From the NCBI GenBank assembly GCA_051294375.1, contig CM119265.1:2973256-3037255 (forward strand): DNA of 64,000 nucleotides. Direction: 5' to 3'. Positions 1-12,431 of this stretch are shown here, in pieces (positions within the stretch are counted from its first letter, which is position 1; each line of letters opens with the position of its first letter). Below the pieces are notes generated by a model that had not been told where the DNA came from, ran no database searches, and saw only the letters and a list, made by a program, of their open reading frames with translations. Origin of the DNA: Paraspadella gotoi. Taxonomy: Eukaryota; Animalia; Chaetognatha. The position numbers and the translations under genes were made by a program.

Positions 1-107
1 TGACGTGGCGTCTGTGACTACAACGGTGCCAACAGCGACTTTCTGCAACATAGATAATGAGCAATGCAACAACTCACCTTGAGATCGCTTCCTCATCGCA
101 TCCTCAC

Positions 108-343
108 CTTGAGATCGCCTCCACGCCTCCGGATGTTCGCAGTGTTTGACATGGACGACTCGAGTTTCAGAGGCGAAAACCGAAAAAGGGTTGAAGTCGG
201 CGTTGGCGTTTGATTGCCATCTGAAAATGGGGGGGGGAATTGATTGGTTGCTTGGTAGCTTGATTGGTTTCTTGGGTGCATGATTTTTCATCTTTCTTTT
301 TTCTATTGTGATTTTTTTTTTATTTCTTTCTTTGGGAATTTAA

Positions 344-388
<45 letters not shown>

Positions 389-1321
389 CTTATAGGCGAG
401 TGATCTCCATCAAACGGAATTGTCACGATTCTATCGTAGACGCATCCTTCTTTTCCCAAACAAGTTGATCGAGGATTCACATCGGTCGTGACGTTGAAGT
501 CGATTCTGGAACCAATCAATCAATCAAACAATCAATCAATCAATCAATCAAACAATTAATTAAATAAGGCACTCAGCTAACCAATCAATCTCATAAAATA
601 AAATTCCATCAATTCGATTTAATCAATCAATCAGTCAATCAATCAATAACCTGGACCCCACGTGAATCTTCTGCACGGCCAAAGGGACTCTTTTTCTTTT
701 CCCGCAAGTGTAGACGACGGGGTAATAAGTCAGCCTCACGACTTCCAAACTGAATCTAAAATGAAATGTGAGATTTATAGTATAAGTTAAGATTACATTG
801 AAGTTTAAATTTAATTAAAAGTAGTATAATTTATGGCATTATGAATTTTTAATTTTAAACGTTTCAACTTGACGACGTTACCTTTTTGAAACTAGAATTT
901 TTAATTACAATTAAAACAATTCATCTGAACTTTCTATATGCCATTTCGCTTGTAGACAATGTCTTCCGGGAGTGAATAAACGAAAAAAATCTTGCAGGAA
1001 CCTGCTATGACATTATCTTGTAAGTGTGATGAAGGCCTTAAACTGTCCTCCCCCCAACCCGCCCCCCCCCATCTCTCGCCTGTGAGTCTCGTTCTTTCTT
1101 CTCACATCCGGGAAACGAACTCTCAACGCTTCGTGACGCGGATCACGGATTTCCGTCCGCTGCACCGCGGAAGCAGTCGCCGCCGCTGGAGCGCAGTCGT
1201 CCGCTGCGGCTGCGGCGGAGGAGGAGCGGAAGTCGATGAGAGCGTCCTTGCTCGATGTTGTTGTTGTTGTAGCGGTGAAGTCGAAACAGTTGGTGACGAC
1301 GAGAAACAAAAGGCAAAACAT
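108..1321 (-). CDS. 5' part of a multi-exon gene for an unidentified secreted/membrane protein; runs off the left edge
   Basis: Exons 1080-1321 (upstream ATG at 1477 also possible), 651-755, 389-505 and 108-220 splice in phase: MFCLLFLVVTNCF...NETHR|FSLEVVRLTYYPVVYTCGK...|IDFNVTTDV...CLGKEGCVYDR...|WQSNANADF...KHCEHPEAWRRSQ. The N-terminus is hydrophobic. Intron 1 needs a GC donor (CAG|GCGAG). No family recognised. Confidence 0.65.
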
Positions 1322-1589
1322 GATGGGCGTGGCTTTGAAAGAGCAAAACGACGTCAAAGGCTTTGGCGTTGCGGACCAGATGGTCGAGTTTCGTCCGCAA
1401 ATTCGTGAAACGCAAAATCGCGAAGACGACGACGATGACGACGACGACGACGACGAAATCGACGATATGATTTTCATTTGTGATGTGATGTTTTACTACA
1501 GAAATCCTATTCGAAGATTTATGAACTATTTTTTTGAATTTTTTAAAGTCTCTCAGAAACGCATCACTTCATGAGAAGGATCGAGATTG

Positions 1590-1641
<52 letters not shown>

Positions 1642-2338
1642 TTCTTTCCCTCTCGCTCTCTCTCGCTCTCTCCCCCCTCTCTCTCTCTCTCTCTCTCTCT
1701 GCTCCGATCTTTCGAGATGGATTATATCAACGAACCCATGTTTCTTCTCGATCACCGTCGATAACCTATGAGGCCCTCGAAAATTAGATCGAGCATAGCG
1801 CTAAGGACGGTACGGGGCCCCGATAATAAAGCGGAGCTGGGAGTGGGGGAGTGAGGAGGCGTGGCTTGGCGTCAAATCTCAATTTGACGAGATTTAAACT
1901 TAACATTAAAACGAAAAAAAAACGATTCAAAAATAGTTTTTGAAAATCACTTTTCAAAAAAAAGCGAGGGATTATTTTTTTATGGCTAAGCCAAAACCGA
2001 GTTGTATAGTCAGAATTATGTTATAACTTATAAGTAATATAAATAAAGCTGCTCTTTCCCTTCTCTAGAAGTTCATATTGATAAACTCTTTTATTTCTTA
2101 TAACTGGATAATGTTTTGTAAAAAGAAAGACTAACCAAAGCGGTTGATGTTTTTATTTTAAATAAAACTTATGACTTTACGAAGAATTCAAGAGCGCTAT
2201 TAACTGTCGGAGAAGTATAATTAATCTATTCATATGCTGCAAGAATGAACTATGTAAGTTAAGAAAGATTATATAAAAAAATTCTACTTTAATAAATATA
2301 TTATGAAGATCGAACGCTGAGAAACAATTTATTTTTCT

Positions 2339-5300
2339 TCACTCCGCCTCCCCTTCGTTCGGCATCAAAACGTAATTATCGCCCGAATTTCCTTCCCTTT
2401 TGTTTCCCTCTTCCGGATTAATTCTCTTTTTCCCCGCCAGTTTCGTCTTAACGAAAAAGAGACAAATCATGCAAAGAAGAAAAAACAAAACGACAAGGGG
2501 CGCGGCCAACCAAACCAAATCGAAATAATCCCCGGATGTAATTGGGATCTGGGTACACTTTCTGCCCGGGAAACGAGAATCGCTCTCGTCGGCGAAATCG
2601 TCTTGGCAGCGACAGGAGAAAGATCCGATCGTGTTGACGCAGATGGCGTCGTTGGCGCAATCGTTGGTCCACGAATCGTCGCATTCGTCTTTGTCTCTCA
2701 ATTGGAAAAAATCCGAGTCGCGATTCAAATTCAAAGTCGAAAAATTGAAGAGAAGAAGATTTTGTTTGACTTCGAGTTTTAACTTTTCGATGTCGTTGTT
2801 GTCGTCGTTGTTGTCGCGAAAGAGAAAGGCGTCGAAAAGAGCGACGACGCTTCCGCGTTCGAAAGCGTTCACCGTCACCTTCGCGTTGCGAAACGAACTC
2901 GTGAGAGAATCCTTCACTTCTCCTTCGGTTTCACGATAAACCCGTGAATCCGAATCCTTCAGTTCCGCCGAAAACTCGTTGGTGAAACTCACCGAACCCG
3001 TGAGACTTAATCCGACGGAGCATTTGTTGGAATTGGTCGTCGACCGTTCGAGACCCAACCTGCAGTCGCATTCGAAAAATCCAGGAACGTTTCGACAAAT
3101 CTCGAGCGGATCGAGACAAAGATCGACGCCGATCGAACATTCGTCTACGTCGCGACACTCGGGCGCATGCGCGTTCCACGATGATCGCGTCGAATTGTCC
3201 GACTGGACACAAGCCACGAATCGCTCGCCGGGGACGCGACTGTGCAAGTAGAAGCCTTGATCGCAGAGTATAGTGCAGGAGGAACCGGGCTTGAAATCGT
3301 CGGTGCAGTCTAGACGACCGAAGGTCACGTTCTCTATGGGGTCGCACCATGACGGTTGTTCCGGACCCAAGACGATGAGACTTATGAAGGATTGTTTGAC
3401 GGCGATGACGTTTGTTTCGTCGTCGCGACGTCGTCGTCGTCGTTTCTCGCTGACACAACCTTCCTTGCATCTCGACAGAGAATCCCGAGGATCGCAGATC
3501 AAAACCTCGCAATGCAAGAAAACATTTTCTGATTCGGGTCGAAGTTGAAAACCGAGAAAAGAGAATCTTTTTTCGTTTCCTTCGCCGATGGAATAATTGT
3601 TCGACAAAATCTCATCGATCACGCATCCGTCTTGCAATAAATACCGTTCGTATTCGGAACTCTCGTTGCCGGTCGTCAACCACAGATTACGCACGGAGAT
3701 TTCAACGTCCTTTGCCGGAACGACAATCTGCAACCAGATCGGTTCCATCAAACGAATCACGAACGGAGGAGAAATACGATCGACGAACGCATTGGATCGA
3801 AAAATCTGCATCTCCACTCGAAAGTCTGCATCTTCGGAAAGGATCGGAACATTTGCAGATGGAACCGCAAACGAAATGGTTCCGACGCTGACGTCGCCGT
3901 AATTGCATCTCAATCGCCAAAGGCTTCGGTCCGTATTTTTCGGTGCCATCGAAGTTTCGTCTAAAATGAGCAAGTTTTCGTAAACGATTGATTCACCGGA
4001 GAATATCGTAGCCGTTCCACATTCGTTGGTTGGAATATCGAGGAACCAATTGGAGAAACCGTCGTTTTGGCGAGGATTCGAACAAGACCCGACGCTCACG
4101 GTTCTGTTAACTTCCAGCAACTTGGGAATTACGATCCTCATCAATGGATATCCATCTTTATCGTGAATGCAATCAATCGTAATGTCGACCCGATCTTTGC
4201 AGATTTTTGCCAACAAAACGTTTTTTATCGAAGCTAAAGAATAAATGTCGGTAACTTTGATAAATCTTGACTCGTCATTCCATACGGTCGTCGCGTGGTC
4301 GCCAATGGCAACCAAGTAAACAAATATTCCTCGTTCATTGGCTTCGTTCACAGTCGCGACCAGATCTTCTCCATTCTGTCGATCATTCGATAAAACAATT
4401 GCGTTTGTGGCGTTTCGATCTCTCGATCCCTTCGTCTCGAAATGCTCGACGGCCTTTGAAATGGCTCGTCCAGTGGTTCTTCCTCCGTCGTCATCGGCGT
4501 CGTGTTCGATCTTCACTATCTCCTCCATCAACTCGACTCGACTCTTCGTCGCCGAATCTTCAAAGGAGACGCTGATGTTGCTGCGGTTGTTGACGAGAAC
4601 TGCGAGGCGGTCGTCGTCCTCCAGCGAAGACAAGATTCCGACGAGGAAGTTCAGGGTTGCGTTGAAGGCGTCGCCGCTTTCGAAGATCACGTCGACGACG
4701 ATGAAGAGGTTCAGGGGGTTTTGGCGAGAGGGACAGGGGGATTCGGGTTGTGCAGTCGGAGCAGCTGGAGTTTCTGTGGTCATTGGAAGATCCATGAAAA
4801 TTGATGTTTTTGGTGAAAAGGATATTAAGGGTTCAGTGGATGATCGAAAATCTGAGAAAGATGTAGAAAGAGATGGATATGAAGTTAAGTCTAAAGTTGA
4901 AGTTAGTGAAATAGTTTTAAAGTTTGTTAATTGTGTTAAATTCTCTGAGAGCTGATTGCGGGAAGTTGTGAGAAATGAACTAATTTGAAATTCACTAAAG
5001 TATGTAAAATTTTCTGATAACTCGTTTCTTGAGGTTGGAGTAGGTTGGGTTATAATATCAAAGTCTTTCAAATTTGTTAAATTTTGAGAAAACCTACTGT
5101 CTGAAATTGTAAACTGTGAAGTGATATCAAATTCAGAGAATAATGTTAAATTATTTGAAAGTCTGTGGTCTGAAGCTGTTACCAGTGAAATACTACCTTG
5201 GAAGTCAGTGAAATACATCGAATTCTCTGATAACTTATTTTCTGAGGTCGTGGATAAACTGTTGTGTAAATTTGAGGACGAGGAAATGATACTTAAGTCT

Positions 5301-7364
5301 AAGAAATGTGAAGAATTCTTGAAAATCAATTTGTCTGCAGAACTTGACACAGAGTCCACGAGACTAAAGGAATAATTATTTGTGTAAGAAATTGACTCAA
5401 AATCTGTGACTGGAGGAAAATTGTATGATGAAAAAAAGCCCGAAGTCGGTTTAAAAACATTTGTTAACCCTGAGTTAAAGAAAGATGAGACAGAAAAATT
5501 AGATTCTGTCTTATGAGTGGTTGGGTAATTTGCGGTTAGAAAAACGTCTGAGGAATCAGAGTTTGAAGTTGTGACTAAAGAAGTGAATTGTGAAGGTGTG
5601 ACCAGTGAAAAGGTTTTAGATAAAGAACTATCTGAATTCATAGTGAGGAAGCTTGTAGTTAATGAAGAAACTTGATTTGTAAAGCGTAAAGATGTGGCTA
5701 TGGGAACATTTGTAGTGTAAGATGTTATTGCGTTTGAAGTTCTAAAAAGGTGACTAGAATTGAAAATAGCGACGAGGGGATTAAGATAAGCTGAACTTGT
5801 TTGAACAGCTGTGAGAAGTGATGATGTGACTGTTGAAGTAGCAAACAATGTTGTGATTGTCGGCAAAGAGTCTGAAACAGAAACAGAAAAATCCGAAGAT
5901 GAGACAGTGACTTTATTCTCATTATCCCTGGGAATACTAGGAGTTGCCTCTGAATAGAGTAGGACTGAGGTTGAATATAGTAGGACTGAGGTTGAAGAAT
6001 AAGTTTTTCTTGAGGTCGTGACGATCGCTACGGTGGAGTCGTTGTTGTGAAAAGTGGATTGTGAAGTGTGAGAGGTGACGATGGATGACGAGTCCAAGGA
6101 ATTACTGTCGCTGGACGAGAAGAGTTGACTTGAATCGCTGGTTGACGGCGTCATTGATCTTGTATTGTTTGCTGAAGGAAAAAAAAATTTAAATTGGGGA
6201 TCTCAATCATATTTCTCTAATTTATTTAGTTTTTGGTGATTTTTTTATAATTATTTAGAATAAATCGGTCATTCAGAATTATTTTCTCAATGTAAAACGA
6301 GTTTTTTATCTTTCATTGTCATCAAATTCTCTAATCTTGACTTTCCTAACTCCCTCCGAGATTGCGATTCTTACCTTACCCAAAACCTACCCCAAACTTA
6401 CCTTACCCAAAACCTACCCCAAACTTGCGCGCAGTCCGTTGATCCGGAGACGCAAAACCGGATATCGTCCTCGTTGACGTCCACGCCCCCGTAGTTTCCG
6501 TCGAAGGTGACGCACGTCTTGGCATCGGGGTCCGAGACGCTGGAGCAGCAAGGGCAGCGGCCGCGCTGACCCTCCCCGCCGTAGCAGGCGGCGCAGCCGG
6601 CGCGGGAGAAGGTGAAGAGGTCGAGCCTTTATTATTTTATTAGTTATTAATTAATTATTTATTAATTTAATTATTTATTTAATTATTCCTAAATCCATCA
6701 ATATTGAATGCGATGCCTCTTCAATAACTCAAAATTATATTTATAATAAAGGAATTCCAAAAAAATATTGACATTAATTTTCAAAAATGGAATCCCACCT
6801 GCAAACGTTCGTCGCTGGATCAGAGAGGCTGTAGCAAAAGTGTCCATGGAGACACTGGGTGATCCCGTCGGCCTCAACGCATTCGGCGCAGGCGGTCGCC
6901 GCCTCCGCCGCCGACGGTCGCGGATACGTGAAGGACAGTTTGGTGCAGAGGCTGCCGATGGGGGATGCGGTGTGGTCGGCGGCGTAATTGGGGAAGAGGG
7001 CGTGGTAGACAAAGGATTCCCCTGTGGGGAAGTCAGATGTGGTTTCTTGTTAAAATCTATTATTGATTGTAGAGAGAAATGGTATCAAATCATTATTACT
7101 ACAAAGTACAAAGTTTTGATAAAATTCTTCCTATAAAATAAATTTTCAAAAGATTTTACATTAGGACTGATTCGTTTGACAAAAACCCACATGCTCTATT
7201 TTATTACATTTACAGGTTTATTAAGTTTACAAGTGTAGCCAAACATTCTAAGTTTTGAATCCGAACTTTGTATATAACACTTTAACACTACCTGTAGTTT
7301 TCTCGTGAAAATTAAAGAAGACAATGTAGACGACTGACAAAAGAAAGCGAGACGAAGACGCCAT
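2339..7364 (-). CDS. Gene A: type I membrane protein; signal peptide, Cys-rich PAN/apple-like region, Ser/Thr mucin stalk, degenerate vWA, ZP, Sushi, EGF-Ca, SEA, EGF-Ca, TM
   Basis: Exons 7292-7364 (MASSSRFLLSVVYIVFF), 6799-7021, ~6418-6626 and 2339-6171 are phase-consistent; the exon 3 donor is uncertain. ZP signature RFSFLGFQL..VFLHCEVLIC..SRCKEGC followed by RRRRRR; DVDEC and DKDEC Ca-EGF starts; SEA motif FERGSVVALF; TM LVWLAAPLVVLFFLLCMICLFFV. Confidence 0.85.
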
Positions 7365-7772
7365 CTTGAATTTTGGTTTTGAAATGTATTAGATTAATAG
7401 ATTAATACATCTTTATCTCACTCACGAGTTCACTCAAGTTTTTCGTAGCGCACTTAGGACGAGACTTTCAGGGTTAAATGTGAGAGTTATTATCAAAATC
7501 GGAAAATTGAAATTTGTTCACTTAATACATATATCGTTTTTATCTTTGGGATTAATTTTTTTGAAAAAATTCGAATCTTTTTTTAAAATGTTTTACATTG
7601 GTCGGGATATTTTAAAATTTATTTCCGCAGTAAGTCTACGTAACTGTTCCAAAATATTTCAATAGGGAATCCCGCTCGAGTCAATATCCTACTCCTGAAA
7701 TATTGGTTATTAAATGTTGACGCCTGAAAGAAAAGAAAAAAAAGTTCAAGATGATTTTAAAACGAAGAACAC

Positions 7773-7849
<77 letters not shown>

Positions 7850-8499
7850 AGCCAAAAGTATAATTTCTTGATATAGGCTTTATAATAGTGTAAAGAAATA
7901 AAAGTTTTAATTTTATAAAAAAGACGGGGAAGAAGAGAGGGGAGGGAGGAAGAAAGAGAATGAGATATATATCATACATATTTATCATTCAACTATCGAG
8001 ATGTATATTAACTGAAGAATTCAAATAACTTCCTACACTAACCACTTTGACTCTGATCTCATAAAAGTTTTAAACTTTATTCCAACTTTATACAAAATTA
8101 TAAATGTCGTGATATCCATTACGAGAATATTTTCAAAATATTGTTTTTAATGTATCATCCATATGTATAATGACATGTGATCGTCGACAATAATAATACA
8201 ATAACAACAGTTCTTATACAATTTAAGGTTCTGACGAAGTGTAAAAAATGTTTCGATTAAATGAGAGAAACGTTTTTCTTTTGTATCATAGAATGATACC
8301 ATCAATAAATCATGATAAATAGTTTCTGTATTTCCAAACTAAGTATAAGCACAATTTTTAAAATTCAAAAAGCAAATATTTACAATATCACAATTATTTT
8401 ATCACCAAATGACCTTTCTGTTCTTGTTGCATTTGAAGCAAAATGATAGTCTTCTGCAATAGCTCTTCATTATTTCCAATTGATAACTCAGTCTTTTGC

Positions 8500-11150
8500 T
8501 CAATATCTGTTCGGGATTTCGTAATGTCCCGCCCGATTGCCTCCTCTATCCAGTGCCGAACGATTGCCTCCTCTATCCAGTCCCACCCGATTGCCTCCTC
8601 TATCCTGTCCCGTTTCTCTTTCTGATTCTTCTTCCAAATTTGAAAATGCATGATTGATTCTCGCTGCTCGATCGATCGCCATCTGCCGATCAGCCATTCC
8701 AGACTCGTCAAACCCGCGCGCCTCGATCGATTTTTTATACGCGTACTTTTTCTTGGCCACAAACAGCGACACCGGCAGAAACAGTGCGAGAATGATCAGA
8801 GTTGCAAAAGCGAAGGCCATCCAAACGTAATCCATGTAATTGTTGTCCTCTTCCGCTTCCTCCTTCACAACGCTCTCGTCGGCCTCGCAAATGCGTCCAG
8901 GGAATCGAGGAATTCCAACGTCTCGGAATCCCTTCTTGCACCGACAGGTAAAGGATCCAATATTGTTGAGGCAGACCGCCTCGGCGGAGCAATCGTTGTC
9001 CGCCGGATCCTTACATTCGTCAAGGTCGCCAATGCTAGTAAATCGCTCGTCCAAAATCGGGGTCAAGTTGGAAAATTTCGTCGTGCTTAACTTCTCCGCC
9101 ATCCTTTTTTGTATTTTGTCAATTTCGTTTTGAGTCATTGGGTCTTTGTCATCAAACTCATCGGCGTCGTGAAAGATGAAGATCTCATAGAAAACGATTA
9201 TGCTTCCTGAAAAGATTCCCGTGATTTTCATTTTGAAATTGAGAAGAGGGTTCGCCGCTTGAAAAACGTTACTTAGGGTCTCGATTAGAGAAGCGCGACT
9301 TGCTGAGTTTTCATCTTTCAAGTCGGGCGTCAAAGTGTTGTTGAAGGTGATCATCGCACCCATTCGATCCCCGCCGGAACATTTTTCCGGGTCAGTCTTC
9401 GATGGTTCAAACCCTTTTTTACAATCGCACTCGTAGGATCCTGGAATGTTTCTGCAGACTTTGGCTGCGACGCTGGCGCCCTCTAAACAAGGATCTCGAT
9501 CGCCGAGTTCACATTCATTGACGTCTTCACACAGCGGCAAAGATCCATTCCATTTAGAGGCGGAACCTTCGACCTGCTCACATAAAACGGATTTTTCTGC
9601 GTCAGGATCCTGAAAAGAAAATCCTTCACCACACGTAAAAGCGCAGTGAGATCCGATGGTATGACCATTGCAGCTTACGGTGCCATTGGTCAAATGGGTA
9701 ATGGGGTCGCAATCAGAGGCAAGGAAAAGAGGCCCCAGGGAAACTTGTTTTTTAGCGACAACATTTTCTAAAATCGCCCTTCGACGACGAATCCTTTCAT
9801 TCAAACATCCTTGCTTGCAACGAGAATGCGGGTTGCTTGCCTCACACAGTAAAATTTCACAATGAATATGTATCATGTCATAGGCGTCTTGAGTCTTAAA
9901 TGCCTCCAAAGAGAAGCGTCTTTGGTTCGGATTTTCAGCGCTATAGCTTCGGTAAGTACTATCCTCTGGACAACCATTACGAATGAAATATAAATTTTTT
10001 GGCAGAGACTCATTATTTGAAATGGATGGCCAACAGTTTTCAAAGAAAACTTCCAGTTTTTCCGACAATGTGCTCGCTTCCAAAAAGATGAGTTCATTTA
10101 ACTTCACAGTTATTGGAGGATCGAGAGGAACAAGAAACCTCGAAGAAGCGAACATTCTGAGATCAATGGAGATAGTTCCGTATTCGTCAATGTAGGGAAG
10201 TTTCCAAGACGGATTTCCAAATGAAACACTCAGTAAAGTCTTTTTGTTGTACATACATCTGAGACCGACCATATTACTTATGTCCTTTGGTCTTATGATA
10301 AACGGTTGTTCCGTATCATGGCCCGGCAACGATAGAATATTTTCATAAATGATGTAATTCTCCGAAGAGTTGCTTTTTGTACCACATTGATCGGCTCGAA
10401 ATTCAACGAATAGGTTGTTAGAATCGAAGGGGGTCTCAACGAGCTGCAGACTGGCGCACGAACCGATACTAACGTAACCACTTATCTCGAGCAACTTGGG
10501 GAAAATGACTTTGAAAAGTGGATATCCGTCATAATCCTGCGTGCAGTTAATGCGGATTCCGATCAAATCCTCGCAGACTTTCTCTTCCAGTTCATCTCTG
10601 AGATCATTGAGCATGGCCGTGCCGTTGACTTGGTAGATTCTCTCTGGGTCGTTGGTGATTAGATTTAACTCGCTATATTCAACGCCGTTTCCAATGGCAA
10701 TGGCATAGATCATAATGTCATCATTTCTTGCTTTTTTTGATGGTTCACTCACATCGTCACCGCTTTGACCATCAGTTAGTACAACAATGATGCGAACCCT
10801 ATCCTCATCGTTTTCAAACTGCTCCACGCCTTTTGATATTGCTTGACCCGTATTAGTACTTCCACTGGGGTAAGGAATAGCCATGATCTTTTCAGCCATT
10901 TTTTTTTCATCTAAACCCGCGGAATTGTTAAAGGATAAGCTGACAGTGACACTACCGCTGTAGACTATGACAGCGACCCTACTATTTTGGCTGAAAGAAG
11001 CGGCCATGCTGGCTGTAAATTCAAGAGCTTGCTTAAAACCATTGACGGTTATGCTCCCACTTCCATCAATGATGAATACCAAGTCCATATTTCTCTCCCA
11101 TGCGCTGCATTTGAATCCATTTGTTACAGTTGTTACTAGTTCAGTGGGTG
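8500..11150 (-). CDS. Gene B terminal exon: vWA (intact MIDAS), ZP, Sushi, EGF-Ca, SEA, EGF-Ca, TM, cytoplasmic tail
   Basis: ORF 8500-11088 extends to an acceptor at 11151. DLVFIIDGSGS / GSTNTG / VLTDG; ZP RRFSLEAF..IHIHCEILLC..SRCKQGC then RIRRRR; SEA FSGSIIVFY; TM VWMAFAFATLIILALFLPVSLFV. Confidence 0.9.
8517..8610 (-). repeat. Coding 27-bp tandem repeat x3 (DRGGNR) in the gene B cytoplasmic tail
   Basis: cgattgcctcctctatcc occurs three times; translation QDRGGNRVGLDRGGNRSALDRGGNRAG. Confidence 0.9.
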
Positions 11151-11270
11151 CTGAAATAATTGTTTTTTTTTTTGTTTATTATTATTAGCCACTTTAAAAC
11201 TTAAAACTTAAAACAAACTTATTAGAAAGTTATAGATACTAATTATAAATAATTCTCATTCTTAATATAC

Positions 11271-12127
11271 CTGAATAGTTTGATTCGCAGATAAAATTGG
11301 TGTTGCCCTCTTTGAAGACAGCCCACTTTCCCATGTCTTCTTGCTCCAACAGATAGACAAAGTCGCCGTCTGTCGTGTTGCGAGCGTCATCGTCATGCAA
11401 GAAATATTTGTAATTAACTGTTTCATTCGTGCCCACCCATTTAAGGAGCCTCGTGGGGCCTAAAAAGGTCCACTTAGCACCAATGATCCAGTGACCACCG
11501 TATAGCATGTGGGCGTGACCAGCTATGAATAGGTTCTCCTCTGGGGATTCGAGGGCAACCAAGTCAACGCCCTAAGAAAAAAAATTAGAAAAAAAAACAA
11601 CATTTTTTTAGGATATTCTGAAAAAAATTATGAATAAGCTGAATTAATGACGCGTAGAAAAAAAAATAAATGTGTAAAAAATAAATAATGAGATTATTCT
11701 ATTTATTTATTTATTATTTTAAAAACCCCTGAAATGCAAAGAATAATACGTTTATCGTACAAAATTGGACATTTCTTAGAATTCTCACCAAACTTCTGCA
11801 AAATTCTCTCGCCGACTCCCAAGAAACCTCCATCTTAACAAAGAGGTAGCAACTTCCTTCATGTTCTTTAAAGTCATAAACAAAGGAGCCGATTTCCCCG
11901 AAAGCCTTGAGACGATCGCAGGCGTCCGTGGAATTTGTCAACATCGACGGCAGCTTGTCGTCCGGCGAAGGCTCAGACGGCCAAGAACAATTCAAGAGAT
12001 CCAATCTGGGTTCCGAGGTCTCACCACGGAAATAGTAATAGTGAGGGTCACTTGGACCCAAAAAGTCATAGGGCATGAAGACCCATTGGGCTTGCGGTGA
12101 TTGGCTGTCGAGAGTTCTGACACAACC
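11271..12127 (-). CDS. Gene B exons encoding a C-type lectin-like domain
   Basis: Exon ~11788-12127 (EHEGSCYLFVKMEVSWESAREFCRSL) and exon ~11271-11572 (VDLVALESPEE...WIIG...LKWVG...KW...FICES), which ends in phase 1, matching the vWA exon. Confidence 0.75.
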
Positions 12128-12431
12128 TACAGGGAAAAAAAACGATTGTTGTAACTATAATTTGTTGTTACATTGTTCATTTATACTTTATAGCTTATAG
12201 GAAATTAAACTTAATTTTTCGATTTTGAAAAAAAAATGATATTCACGTTGCAATGTACATAAAGTAGCTTAAAACATTTTAAAATAAACTAATGTAATAA
12301 TTAATAACTAATTACAAATGACTGTGCAAAATGGATCCAAAAATTTTTTTTTTCCCAATTTTATTAACATTTAAAATAGAAAGAACACCGTGATTATTAA
12401 AAATTGATCAAGTACACTCATTCCAACGTCC

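Noticed and set aside
1534-1787. SLSLSL / ERERER ORFs here and at other (CT)n tracts
   Set aside because: Microsatellite read-through.
2448-5375. Many antisense and alternate-frame ORFs over gene A (likewise over gene B, the fucosyltransferase and the 61-64 kb exons)
   Set aside because: Shadow ORFs of GC-rich coding sequence.
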